Both the position numbers and the translations under genes were made by a program. A stretch of DNA of 63,505 nucleotides, the filler included, from Rhabdomonas costata (Eukaryota): the NCBI GenBank assembly GCA_019059605.1. It is 23 parts of 23 records of this genome, joined end to end, with 100 filler letters (N's around TTAATTAATTAA, not from the genome) between each part and the next. Parts side by side here need not be neighbours in the genome. Positions count along the whole stretch, not along the records: positions 22,149 to 24,814 come from JAHMHO010002422.1; positions 24,915 to 27,579 come from JAHMHO010002423.1; positions 27,680 to 30,345 come from JAHMHO010002424.1; positions 30,446 to 33,109 come from JAHMHO010002425.1; positions 33,210 to 35,864 come from JAHMHO010002426.1; 18 more parts are not named here. The stretch is one strand, 5' to 3'. The notes beneath the pieces were generated by a model. The model was given only the letters and a program-made list of their open reading frames with translations. It was not told the DNA's origin and made no database searches. Of the stretch, positions 22,160 through 33,729 are shown one piece after another; the stretch's first letter is position 1; every line of letters begins with the position of its first letter.

Positions 22160-24527
22160 GTGGGTCGAGTACACCACTCCCACACCGTCGTGAGGCCGGT
22201 CTCTTCCAGCGCGTCTTCTACCGCAGCGGCGGCTGCCGCGGCAGCGCGGAAGGAGCTGTGGCGATCAGGGGGCAAGGGCGTGGCCGGTGGGGAGGCCACA
22301 GGGAGGGAGCGTGGGTTGTCCAGGCTTTCCGCGCGGCGGCTGAAGCCCATCCAGCGGGTGGAGAGAGCGCTGGGAAGCACGGAGAGGACCGGGGGAATGG
22401 GGAGGGCTCCCTTCTCTTTGGTGGAGAGGTTGGCCGCGAGGACCTCGGCACGACGCACTGCACTGAGCGCGCCTGTATCACACAACAAGCCAAAATGGCC
22501 TCCAAGACTCCAAGACGATGTCTCCTGACAAAGAACCTCTTCATATCAATCGATAATCCACCCCACGAAATGGCAAAAATAAGGACAATCAAGATAACAG
22601 CACAGGATAGTAGGGTGGTAATCTAACGAAGAGATGACCAGAGATGCGTAAGGGACAAACATGGACAAGAGAAAGGGATGAGGAGGGACCGTGACAGTGA
22701 GTATAACCATGTTCAAATGCAAAACCAGCTCTAAGCATTCACGGCAGGAGCGTGCACACCGTAGGCTGATGAGGACAGCAGGGTCTCTCCACCGCATGCC
22801 CACTGCTGCAGACCCAGAGCCCGTTCAAAAGGCAGTTCTGTGGGGTCGAGCTGGCCCATGGAGGGGCTGCTGGCCAACAGCGCAGGTGTGACGGGCACCC
22901 AATCCACTCCAACCTGGACACCAAAGGAAGTACATCTTCCCACTGGTCAAAGAGATAGCCCACCCACCTGCAGTAAAATTTGCACAACAAGGGAGAACGC
23001 CAAAGTGAAGTTTGAAGTTTTTTGGGAGGGAACGGGAGGCAGGACAGATATGACGAGTCAGTTGGCCACAGGCTGAAGTGAGGGACGCACCCTGGCCCGT
23101 GGCCCACGGAACAGCAGCGAATTGGCGTCGTCCTGCTCTGGGCTGCACCACGGCAGCTCCAGCACAGGCTCGGGCCACGGCTGGCCCAAAAGCTCCGTCT
23201 GCAGCTGGGCGCCAAAACGGCATGCAGAGAGGATGTCAGCGAACACCAGAGTGTGCCGGAAGCCCAGGCTGAGCAGCTCCACCCCTGTGGGGCGAGTAGA
23301 AAATAAAAGCATAAGGAAGAAGAGAAAAAAAATGTCCTGGATTTTTCCTAGGGAGCCCAGGCATTCATTCACATGTCTACGTAGGTAAGTAGGTGCACAT
23401 TCAGGGAGCAACAATGTGCAAGCACCTTTGGCGGCCTCTGCGCACCGTCGGAGGGTGGCCGAGAACAGGGTGAGGGTGGTGCCCACGGTGGAGGGTTCCA
23501 GCCCCCACACCTTCTCGGGCTGCACCACGTCCACAGCCACGGTGGCGGCATGAGTGCCCGGCCAAGGGATAGCCCTGGGGGGTGGGGTAAAGAGGGGGCA
23601 TCAACATCTGATTTCCGGGGTGAAGCGGGAAAGAGCAACTTTGCATCCACCTGAGGCACTTAACCAACCTGAAGTCCACAGCAGGCAAGAATAAAAACCC
23701 GCATTTAAATTTAAATTCAAAATTCAAAGCTGGCGTTTACAAATTGGTGATATAAAAAAACTAAAATTACATTACATTTTGCTTCGTTTGCCTCTCCCTC
23801 GCCTGATTAAACCCAACCCATCAAAAACCCACATCTTGGCTTTGAAGGGAGTTTCACAAACAGTCCCGACGTCTCTGATGGAAAACGAGGATAATGACAA
23901 GCAACTCGAAACTGCTTGCCTTGTGACGAGCGAGACCACATCGTCACCGGGGGTCGAAGTCAACCGACGAGCAAGAACCTGGACATCTCTTTTTCCACTC
24001 ATTGTTACCTCCAATTTATATCATCCGTATGTGTAAGAGGACGACGGATGTGTGAGTCCGATGGACAGAGCTGCCAACAATGCAACCGCTCCGCCGCAGG
24101 GTGTCTCTTTCGAACTTGTTCACCCTAATTGGTCTGGCCCTCGGTCTTGGCCTACTTTCATATCGCAGTAATCCATGAAATGAAAACGAAAGAGAGAGAC
24201 ACGCGCGCAAGATAGGCACTTTCCGCACCGAGGCACGGGTGGCTTGGCGGCGGCCTGGGCCTCCAGGCACACCTCCAAGGCGCGCATCTCCGCCAAAGAG
24301 GCCTCCTTGGAGGTTTCCCAGGCCACACTTAGCGGGCCGTGCACCGCAGCCGCACTGGTTACGGTGGGCTGGGATTCCTCCACCTCGTCGTCATCACTCT
24401 CCTGCGGACGTGGGGACTGGTCACTCTCCCAGCCTTCGCCCACAGGGCCTGCAGTGCTACAGTTGGCCACGGAGACATGAAACTCCGAGAAGGTCGCCAA
24501 ACGGCTCTCCAAACAGGCAGGAAGAAC
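22160..24527 (-). CDS. Multi-exon gene with a degenerate class III nucleotidyl-cyclase domain (pseudo-cyclase)
   Basis: In-phase exons: ATVAVDVVQPEKVWGLEP..TLRRCAEAAK|GGVELLSLGFRHTLVF..ACRFGAQLQTELLGQPWPEPVL..LLFRGPRAR|VGVDW...ERALGLQQWACGGETLLS. Collinear with FTDI..LW..GYEVKTEGDAFM..Q..LL..WP..FRGLRVRMGIH..VNRAAR..GGQILxS. Confidence 0.8.
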
Positions 24528-25569
24528 CTGCGGGACGGGGAGGGGGTCAGGCTTGAAGACAGCGGGTCTTCTACATGTTGTGACTCATCTCACTCGTTTG
24601 TTTCTTCCTCTTCTTGTCCATCGAAACTTTGCTTGAGGGTGTAGGGTTGGGAAAAGGGCATAATGCATAATGACAGTCCACCTAGCTCCTCCAATCAACT
24701 CAATGACGTAAGAGATTCAGAAGGATATTACGAAACAGCCATAGAAACACCCACGACCTTTTCGCCTGAATTGTAGCTGGTCCATGACTGCAAGAACCCT
24801 CAATTTACAAATTCNNNNNNNNNNNNNNNNNNNNNNNNNNNNNNNNNNNNNNNNNNNNTTAATTAATTAANNNNNNNNNNNNNNNNNNNNNNNNNNNNNN
24901 NNNNNNNNNNNNNNGGTTTGGTTGGAATCGCGGGTGTGGAGCCATTGCGCTTGGCAGTGTCTGTTATCAATTGGGCTTTTTTAGAACATTTTTATCCTAA
25001 TCGGAGCCGAGTGTCGTGTATCTCAGTGGTACCACCGATTTTTTTATGTCTGGTGTCGGACGAGCATCGGATCTTTCAATTTTCCTGAAGCGATGCCAAG
25101 TATCCTAGAAGACGTAACGTGGTACGTGACTTCGGAGGCGTCCCACCGAAGTTAGATTGCGCAGCGGTGAACTCACGCAGTGCAGCAGTGGGCAGAGAAG
25201 GCATCTTTGACTCAATTGCAGACCGCCTATTTTCCTTCTGTAATTTCCACACGTATACAGGTGAGTTCAGAAAGCTCGCATGTCGGGATGAAGTAAGGGG
25301 TAACCTTCCATCAAAAGCCGTTGCACGCTAACCGCACTGTTGGACAGAAATGGGAACGTTAGCAGTCCTCGTAGCACCGCCTTGCGGTTTTTGTGTGGTG
25401 GCCGCCCCCCGGTGGCTATGCGAAATTGATATTTGTGTATGCCTCTGTCTGATCAATGTGCTTGTGCTTGTGCAAAATGCCAGACACAGTGATCTGCCCT
25501 GCGACACTTGCAACAAAAATATCCGGGCTTTGTTTACGGTTGTCAATCTTCTCTTACATATCGGGTCAG

Positions 25570-27120
25570 GCTGTGAATGCCTCGGGAGGGATCGTGGACA
25601 AGGTGGTCGGCGACAAAGTCCTGTCGCACTGGAACGCCGCCAGCAGGCAGGCCAACCACCAGAGCAAGGCCTGCTCCGCGGCGCTGGCGATGGTACGTGT
25701 AGCGTCAACGGCGATCACGGGGGAGGGCGGTGTAGGCGGTTTGTCCCCTACGCCGAGCAGCGGCCCCGGTACCGTCCTGGGAGCCGTGGAGGGCTCTCTG
25801 GTCGTCCGGGCAGCGGTGGCCTCGGGGACTGCGGTGTTTGGGAATGTGGGGGCAGAGCAGCACCACAGCTTTCAAATCTTCGGCACAGTGGTGTGGATTG
25901 TACTTTGGGCTTTCGACCCTCGAAATGGGGTCATTACATTCACTTTGCGCTTAGATTTTAAACGATGCTGTGGCGGTGAGCCTTGTCTCTGGGCATTTCT
26001 CGATACTGGGACATCGGAAAATGGGCTTGAATTCGGTTTCATTGCTGTGCGTTGTAGCGAGACAGGTCCTCCCGTGGAGACAGGACCTCCCATCACGCAA
26101 GGCTTTACCACAGCCGGGGAGTCGCACCTCATGTTGGCTCCTGCCTCTATCGCAATTTATTAAGAGCACCCCTCGACAGCGTGTCCTTGCTTACCTGGAC
26201 TGTAAAAGGTGGAAGGTGTGTTCGGTTGAATATCAGGAGCTTGGAGAGGTGGTTGGTGACCGAACGGGCGGTGGACATAGGCAGAGGTTGTTCAGAGGTG
26301 AGCAGAGGTGAGGCAGTTAGGGGCAGCCGCTGCTCCTGGTGCGGCGATTATTGGTGCTGCGGTTCCGACCTGCTGTGCTCCGCTCCTCTCCCACTGTCTT
26401 TTAATAGGTCACCACGGTGTTCTTCCTGGCCAGGCATGCCCGGCGGCTGGGGGTGGCAGTGCTCTGCGACCGCGCCACGAGGGCCCAAGTGGAGCACATG
26501 GAGGCCACTCTGGTGGATCTGGTTCCATCAGAGGAGCTTCCGCCGCCCCTACTGCACGGGGCCACCTCTTTGCGCTCGCTGACGTGTTCCAGCTGTGATT
26601 TTTTGACACCCTCTTCGTCTCTACCGCAGCTCACTCCGGTTATAGAGCCTGCGAGCGCAGCGCCCTCCATAGGTTCCTCCGCGCTGCCGAGACAGTCTTC
26701 GGAGTCTGAGAGTGATCTGGACTTCCTCGGGCGTATCAGGTTCTCTTGCTTTTAGGCTGATGAGAGCATTGTTTTAGAGGAGGTTCCAGAGGATTTTTCA
26801 GGAGTCAAGAACCCAATGGGCAAGCTCTAGCAGCAATATTCTTTTTCGTCAAGGGCCAGCATGCTTCATGCTTCAATAGGGTTTTTCCTTTCATACTTGC
26901 GTCGTTTGGATTGAGGTCTCCCGTTCACGCAAAGGCTTTGCGTTTCTTGTCAGGAGGGCGAGTTCGAAACCCATGGTTTCCTTGGCGGTGTACCAACTGC
27001 TGCCTCGGGATGGATGCCGTGTGGACAACGAATGGATGTACACCATTGAGCCTGGGGTGAGGTCCACCAGGGCTCCAGCGGACGCGGCATTTGCCGACGC
27101 AATGGCTCTTTACGAGGAAG
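25570..27120 (+). CDS. Class III adenylate/guanylate cyclase-like domain, partly degenerate (exons 25570-25890, 26408-26739, 26954-27120)
   Basis: GGIVDKVVGDKVLSHWNA...ACSAALAM...VRAAVASGTAVFGNVGAEQHHSFQIFGTV|VTTVFFLARHARRLGVAVLCD...VYQLL..DNEWMY, with in-phase GT-AG introns. Confidence 0.85.
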
Positions 27121-27679
27121 GTTTGTTGTTTCCAACACCCTTGCCCACAAGTAAGACAACTGCTTCCCTGTGATCGCGCGATATCTATATACACGACGCC
27201 ACCCCCCCCTCATAAACACGCTGAAATTCAGGAGGTGCGCTGTATACCTACGCCTCGGCCGATCGTAGTACTAATCAAACAGTATCTGTTTCTTGCCCTG
27301 GCCTGCGCCTCACTGGTACCCCCTTCCACACGATGCAGCGCACCAGACGTCCAGGGGAACGGAGCAACGCCCTGTAACCCCCGGCTAGTTTCATATAGAT
27401 GTCCACTTTGGGGGGTGAAGGGCAGAATGCACTTAATTCCATGCGATTTCCACCAAATTCAAATCAGCCATACCCAGGCACTGCATTTGTGTAGATGAGA
27501 AACGTGAAGTCGCCGACCTGTGGCCACGGACCGACGTGATCGTAGCATAACATTGACACATGTCACGTCACACACACACNNNNNNNNNNNNNNNNNNNNN
27601 NNNNNNNNNNNNNNNNNNNNNNNTTAATTAATTAANNNNNNNNNNNNNNNNNNNNNNNNNNNNNNNNNNNNNNNNNNNN

Positions 27680-30110
27680 GTGTTGGTGTGTTTGGGTGTG
27701 GGTGGTGCATGCTGATGGCGTACCGGTGGTGTCTTAGGGTTGTGGGTGTATGCTTGGCGTATCCTAGTGGATGGTTGTGGTTCTGATGAGTGGTAGAGTA
27801 TGTGGGTGTTAGAGTGTGTGGATGTATGGGTGTACGTAGAATGGATGGTTCTGATTGATGAAATGGTAGGGTAGTGTGTGTTTGAGTGGTGGTGGAGTAG
27901 GAGGGCGTGCTGGAGTTGGAGGCTGACGGCTGATGGTGGCATTTGTGGAGGGATAAAATTCAGGTCTTGGGCTCTCTTGGTGTGGTGGCTCTGAGTTCTA
28001 TGGTTGGGTTAGGGTTTCAAATTTCGTATTTGTGTGTTTAGTTTCTGTTTCTTGGTTCGGGTATTGTGTTCTTTGTGTTCACGTGTGGTACCTCAGTGGT
28101 TATGCATTCGGTATAGGGACAAGTCATCATGGGGGTTCTGTTTCAGTGGTTAGGAATTTGTTGTTTGGATTGGTCTTCCTTCGTACGCTGCGTTCCTTTG
28201 GGTGTCAGTGGCTAGGATGGGTGTTAAGCGTAGTATTTACACTGACATGGTTTGGTTTGCGTTTGCCATTCGTATTAGCGTCTTCGGGTTTATGGTTCAG
28301 GGTTCTTGGTTCTGGTTCAGGGTTGCTGACTTCAGGTAGCAGTGCCTGTTGTCGTGCGTCCAGGTTTCGGATTTCGGGTTGGGGTCAGGGTTTTTTTGTT
28401 CGCGTTTCGTGGTTGGGGGTCGCGTCTCTGGTGTCGGTGCCAGGTGTGATTGAGCCTTCTATTCTCTTGCTTACTGGTATTTTTCTTGTGATTTGCCTGT
28501 GGTGGGTCGGTTCAGGGTTCGGGCGTTGGATGTGCGTAGCGTTGGGTGGGTAGTGCGGATGATCTTGTGTGTGATGTGCGTTGCAGGGTCGAGCGTCTAT
28601 GGTCGATATTCGTGAAGGTGTGTAAGGTTGCGTGCGCGGAGGGTCAGTAGTGCGTGTGTGTGTGTGTAGGGCAGGGTTCTTGCGTGTTTTGTGGAGGTGT
28701 GGAGTGAGTTCTGGTGATTGGAGTGTTGTGCGTGTGGTGGTGTGGGTGGGTTCCGCAGTGGATTGTGTGGTTGAGCGCTTAATGTCTCAAAGGTTTGTGT
28801 CTTGTGTTCTGGGTTCGGTGTCAGGAGTCATGGTTAGGGTTCCGTTGTTTTCTGTGTTCCTTCGCTACGTCTGCTGCTTTATGTGCGTGTTCGTAAAAGA
28901 TGGGTGCTGGTGTGGGCTTAAATGGAGTGCGTGTCTCCTGGTTCGGCATTATGTTACTCTCTTTGCGGTTCTGAGAATGTCTCTGGTTTCTGCATTCTGT
29001 CTCTGGGTTTTTTGTTCGTTGTGCTTGCTGTCTCCGTTGTGCTACTGGGTTTTCTCGCTGTGTATGTGACTGCTGCTAGTGGTGGATTGGAGGGTGGTGC
29101 TGGCGTGGGTTTGTGCGGTGTCCAGGGTGCTTGCGGTGGTTTTGTGTTTGGTCTGCGGTCCTTCCACTTAGGTCGTAGTGTGTTTCTGTCTCTGTTGTGC
29201 TTAGAGTGTCATCGCTGTGTTGGGTGCTTTGAAGGTGGGTGTGCGTGAGAAGGTCATGTTGGCGTGGGTTGCGTGTTGCTTGGTGTGGGTAGTTTGCTTG
29301 GGTTCGGTTACTCCGCTGCCTTGTTATGCTGTGCTTGTTTGTTGGCTGCAGGTGTGGTGTGGGATTGTCGGGTTTGGATGTGTGCGTGTGCTGGGGTCAG
29401 TGCATTGGTCATGTCGTGTGCTGGTGTTGCTACGTGGTTGGTTGGTTGAGTGGGTACGGTACAAACAGGTTAAGGTGGGTTTGTACGAGTATCATTGGTG
29501 TCGGGTGTTGCATGGTTGGTAACATTCGGTGCATGCGTTTGTTGTGTGTGTATGCGTTGACTGGTGCTGGTGGTGTTCCTTGCGGTGGGTGTTGCGTAGT
29601 GGTTGTGTGTCGAGGGTGTGGATGGTGTCGAGGCTGATAGTGTGTGTGCGTAGGATGGTTGGTTGGACTGTGGTGTTGCTGTGGCTCATGGTATTCACTC
29701 TGTGCTGGGTTCCTTGTTTGGTGTTGTGCCTTTGGGTGATTTGGTGCTTTTTGCGGAATTGGGTGTGGGAGTGACGATGTGATGGGTACTGGTTTGTGTT
29801 ACGGTGTGTGTTGGTGTCGTAGTGTTGGTGGTGAGTTTATTGGGTATTTGCGGCTGGATTCATTTATTGTGCGCGTGTTCTTCTTCTGCTAGGGTTATTG
29901 TTAGGGGTTGGAGTAGTCTGTGTCTGCAGATGTGTCTGTCTGTAGAGTAGGGGTGTGTTAGGTGGAGTCGGTGTTTTTGGTGGTGTCTGTGATGTAGTTT
30001 GTGCATTTTTTTGCGTAGAGTGTGTGGCATGTAGCATGTGATTGTTCTGTGTCATTTGCGGAGGTTTGTATTGGTGTCGTTGGCTTTCTGTTTCTGCCTC
30101 TATGCCCATA
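27680..30110 (+). other. Aperiodic G/T-rich low-complexity sequence, probably an amplification-primer-derived artefact
   Basis: ~2.4 kb dominated by G and T with no repeat unit. It starts GTGTTGGTGTGTTTGGG and flips to A/C-rich for the last ~230 nt of the contig. Confidence 0.6.
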
Positions 30111-30621
30111 TACTGTACAAGCTGAAAGCATTTTTTGGCATTGCTACATTAAAATATTACCATTAAACTTGTGATAGCAAACAACAGAATAAAAAAGCCC
30201 GTGTCAGTAAAATACACATACAACTGCTGGATCCACAATTAGCCCGTAGATGTAGAAAACGATAACCGAACCAAGAAACAGAAACCAAACACACAAATGC
30301 AAAGTTCGAAATCCGAACCCAACCATCGAACTCAGAACCACCACCNNNNNNNNNNNNNNNNNNNNNNNNNNNNNNNNNNNNNNNNNNNNTTAATTAATTA
30401 ANNNNNNNNNNNNNNNNNNNNNNNNNNNNNNNNNNNNNNNNNNNNGGTGGTTTGTGCAGCGCCTCCGTCAACTGTAACGTGCGTCTCCACTAAATACCCG
30501 AATATCCTACCCCACAAACGGGTTATTAGGTTTCCAGCTGCATATTGGTCAGTTTGCAGTTGCCCGATACAGTACTTAGAACTTTCTTGCACCTGGCTTC
30601 CTCGTTTTTTGTGCCACGCAG

Positions 30622-31219
30622 AAAGCTGAAGGAGAAGGATTTGCCACGAATTCAGCGCACCGACCCAGTTTGCTGCTACTTTGGGCTCAGAAAGGGTCAG
30701 GTTTCTGCTGCTTTTTCGACTAATGCTCTCACATGATCTTGTTCAACGTTGGTTACCTGTCTTGTGATGGAATTCTTTTCTGCCGAACCTGGAGAATATC
30801 GATCACAAATCCTTTCATAGCACCGGTCCTGTGGATTTGCATGCCCAGCAACCCACCAAAGCCGTTTGCTGCGGTTCTCAAATGACCGCTTGCACAAAAA
30901 TTTTGCCGTATGGATTGTCCGCCGGACGGCAGTAAGTGATGGGGCTCTGAAAAAGGGAGCACTCTCAGGTTTTTTGGGGGAAGCATTCTCAACAACTGGT
31001 TTGCCGGGGGTGGGGCTCACAATGGTTCGGTGGGCCACCGCGACGAAAGGACAGCAGGCGCGTCTTGTGCCGTCTTGGATGGCAAAAAGCACCCAGATTC
31101 AACACAGGCGTGAAAACCGTATTCTGTGTGAGGTTGACTTTACTCACCGTCAGGTTTTCAAGATCAAACGAAAGAGTGAAACGGCTGGGACCTACATCAC
31201 CTACCGCCTGGTGATCTGA
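30622..31219 (+). CDS. RPB5: RNA polymerase common subunit RPB5, last two exons (30622-30700, 31154-31219)
   Basis: KLKEKDLPRIQRTDPVCCYFGLRKGQ|VFKIKRKSETAGTYITYRLVI*. Confidence 0.97.
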
Positions 31220-32234
31220 CCCCTTGGCGGGTTTGCTGGACATCAGACCCCTGAATGGGGGTGGTGGGGGAATGTGAGGGGAGGTTACTTCCCCCCTTTC
31301 ACCTGTGCGCAGACGTTTTGCCAGTGGAACCGTAGTGCACCAAACAGCACTTTACTGAAAGTGTGCCACCGTACTTTTTTGAAACCATGTTCGGCTCTTC
31401 TCTTGTCGCGCGGGAAAACCGGTTTCGTGGTCACATGGGCTCGAGCTGTTTGGTACCCAGATTTGGTCGCTGCGTTGGTTGCTCTTTCGTCTCACCCGAA
31501 ACAAAGAACACAAGGGGACGTCTTCAGGGAAGCAAACCTGCACATGACAACGTTGTAGCAAAGGCTGGTGGCTGGGTCGCAGAACTGCTCGCAGGTCCTT
31601 TGGCAGGCAACCCTTGCTCAGATTCAGTTGATGGAGGGCGAAGTCGAGACAGACCTGGCCATAAAAATCACATTGGGTTTTTAGCCCTCCACTGGGCTTG
31701 CGTTTCTTGATGTACATTGTTTTGTCGTTCGGAAGTGAATGTGAGGATACCAAGGAACATGAGCGCGGGAGGGAGAGACGATGGAATACCGCTGCCATCC
31801 TCCAAGGCGCACGGCAGGGCGAAGGGCTCGCTGAGCTGCACCATGCATCCTGACATGGCCTTCAGGAGCTGCACACGGACCTCCGGTGGCACATGCTTTT
31901 TCACGACCTCAACCTGTCGAACCACGGAAGTAAACCACGAGAAAACTTCCACACAAAAAGAAATGTGGCGCAGAAAAGAATTCCAAATTGTTGGGCGTCA
32001 AGCGCAGCTGATAGCTTTTTCATCTTCGTTCAGGTGTTGCTCTTGCCAAGCAGTTTTCATTCATCAAATTTTGTACACGCTGTTCCCTCGTGCGGGTAGA
32101 TGAGCGCTTTTACTTTCCTGCTACAAAAAGACTCAAAACCCTGCATTGCCTGCTGTCCACCGCGGGTTCTTTGTTTATCATTTGGGTAGCCCAAAGAGGG
32201 TTGCTGACAGTGTCACGACTGCTGAAAATTCTGT

Positions 32235-32530
32235 CAAGCCAATCAGGTACCATTGATTCGAGGAGTCAATTCCTAAAACTCGATGGGGCTTCCGGGGCAA
32301 TCAAATAATTTGCAGCGACTGCAAGGAACGCATCCCATGTCTTGCTTAACGCTCTACAACCAACACTTGCATCGCGCTGCAGTTGCTGCTGACAGGATGA
32401 CATGGAATCTGAATTACATTGAATCCGATCAAGCAAGCATTCGCCAATCCTTTAAACTCGATAGGGTTTCCGGGGCCGATTTCATGGTTTGCAGCGAATT
32501 TAAGGAATTCATTTCACGTCTTGCTTAATG
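32235..32530 (+). repeat. Diverged direct duplication (~80-100 nt, ~180 nt apart)
   Basis: AAACTCGATGGGGCTTCCGGGGC..TTTGCAGCGA..AAGGAA..GTCTTGCTTAA (~32276-32349) versus AAACTCGATAGGGTTTCCGGGGC..TTTGCAGCGA..AAGGAA..GTCTTGCTTAA (~32454-32528). Confidence 0.75.
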
Positions 32531-32775
32531 TTAAACTAAAAAAATTTTCGCCAACCCCACTAACCCAAACCCACAAACGTCATGAAATACAAACACACCC
32601 AAACACAGATGCAGGGTTGCACCGCCCTCAAAGTTCAAGGTGGGGGTGCTGAATGTTCAATTCTATTTTATTCTATTCAATGTCAACACTTCAAAGTTCG
32701 TTGTTGTGAGTAATTCCCGGAGCTGGGCAGAAAACGCAACTGGGCGCGCAAGCTATAAAAGGAGCAAAAAGGAAC

Positions 32776-32942
32776 CTGTCGGCACAAGCTCCTTTATCGC
32801 TTGCTGAAGGCCCCTCATTGTCACCACATTCAATTTGGTGCTGTGCCGATATAGGCCCTCCACAGGAACTGCTATCATACCACAGCCGATATCAACACCA
32901 ACAGCCATCGGAGAGACGTACTTGTCTGACGCGAATACAGAA
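32776..32942 (-). CDS. rtcB: RtcB RNA ligase exon, bacterial (E. coli-like) type
   Basis: (G)SVFASDKYVSPMAVGVDIGCGMIAVP...LQQAIKELVPTG, bounded by a TTTTAG acceptor and a GT donor. Confidence 0.88.
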
Positions 32943-33303
32943 CTAAAAGGAAACGATACCCAGGAAGTGAAAGGAGCAATCTTCGGGCGAGGGAGCCAAA
33001 ATACAGATGACACAGATGCAACAGATGCCCCAAAGTACGCACAAGTCGTTGCTTCTTATAAATTGGGACCGATTCGTTTATGCATCTCCCGCTGCATTAC
33101 CATCAGTTGNNNNNNNNNNNNNNNNNNNNNNNNNNNNNNNNNNNNNNNNNNNNTTAATTAATTAANNNNNNNNNNNNNNNNNNNNNNNNNNNNNNNNNNN
33201 NNNNNNNNNCCACCCTTTGATGCAAGGACCTCTTCTCGAATAACTTTGGCTTGGGGTTTTTTGAGGGTGTTGAGCGCACGAATGCCCTGTTTTGTTTGGG
33301 CAG

Positions 33304-33729
33304 GCCCAGCAGGAAGTCATGCGCTCCATCGAGATGAGGCCTTCCAAGTTTGTGGACTACCTTCTGCAGACGGTTGGGTTCCGGCGCTTCGAGCGGCTCA
33401 CCCCGAGCACATGTGCCCCCGGGCCTCCGCAAGGTGCAACCGACACCTGTGTTCTCCCCAGTTCCGCGTCGATGCTTCCTGCACGTGACCAGGATGGTCC
33501 TCCAGAGGGTGCGAAAACAGAAGACTCGAAGCCTATTTCAATGATGTCGCACAGTGAGGGGCCTGCTCGAAAACGCCAGCGAACATTGGGAGGGAGCACT
33601 TTGGAAAACCCCAGAGCACTACCTCCGGAATCCCATTGCGGTGACGAGCCCATGCTTGATGCGCAGGGCAGGAAGTCCAGCAACCGCAATGTGGGCTTTG
33701 ACCGTCACATTTACTTTTTGTACAAGTGA
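33304..33729 (+). CDS. Last exon of a Bin3/MePCE-like RNA methyltransferase
   Basis: SIEMRPSKFVDYLLQTVGF...GFDRHIYFLYK* matches the Bin3 C-terminus I.L.P..F..YL...VGF...GF.RPI..F.K, with a low-complexity insert. Confidence 0.75.
   Translation, partial: AQQEVMRSIEMRPSKFVDYLLQTVGFRRFERLTPSTCAPGPPQGATDTCVLPSSASMLPARDQDGPPEGAKTEDSKPISMMSHSEGPARKRQRTLGGSTLENPRALPPESHCGDEPMLDAQGRKSSNRNVGFDRHIYFLYK

Noticed and set aside
26955..26975. GTTCGAAACC B-box or tRNA-like motif (also GGGTTCAAAATCCC near 58827)
   Set aside because: No cloverleaf can be built, and the first lies inside a cyclase exon.
28032..29774. Val/Cys/Gly/Trp-rich ORFs and telomere-like TTAGGG hits
   Set aside because: By-products of G/T composition; there is no tandem telomeric array.
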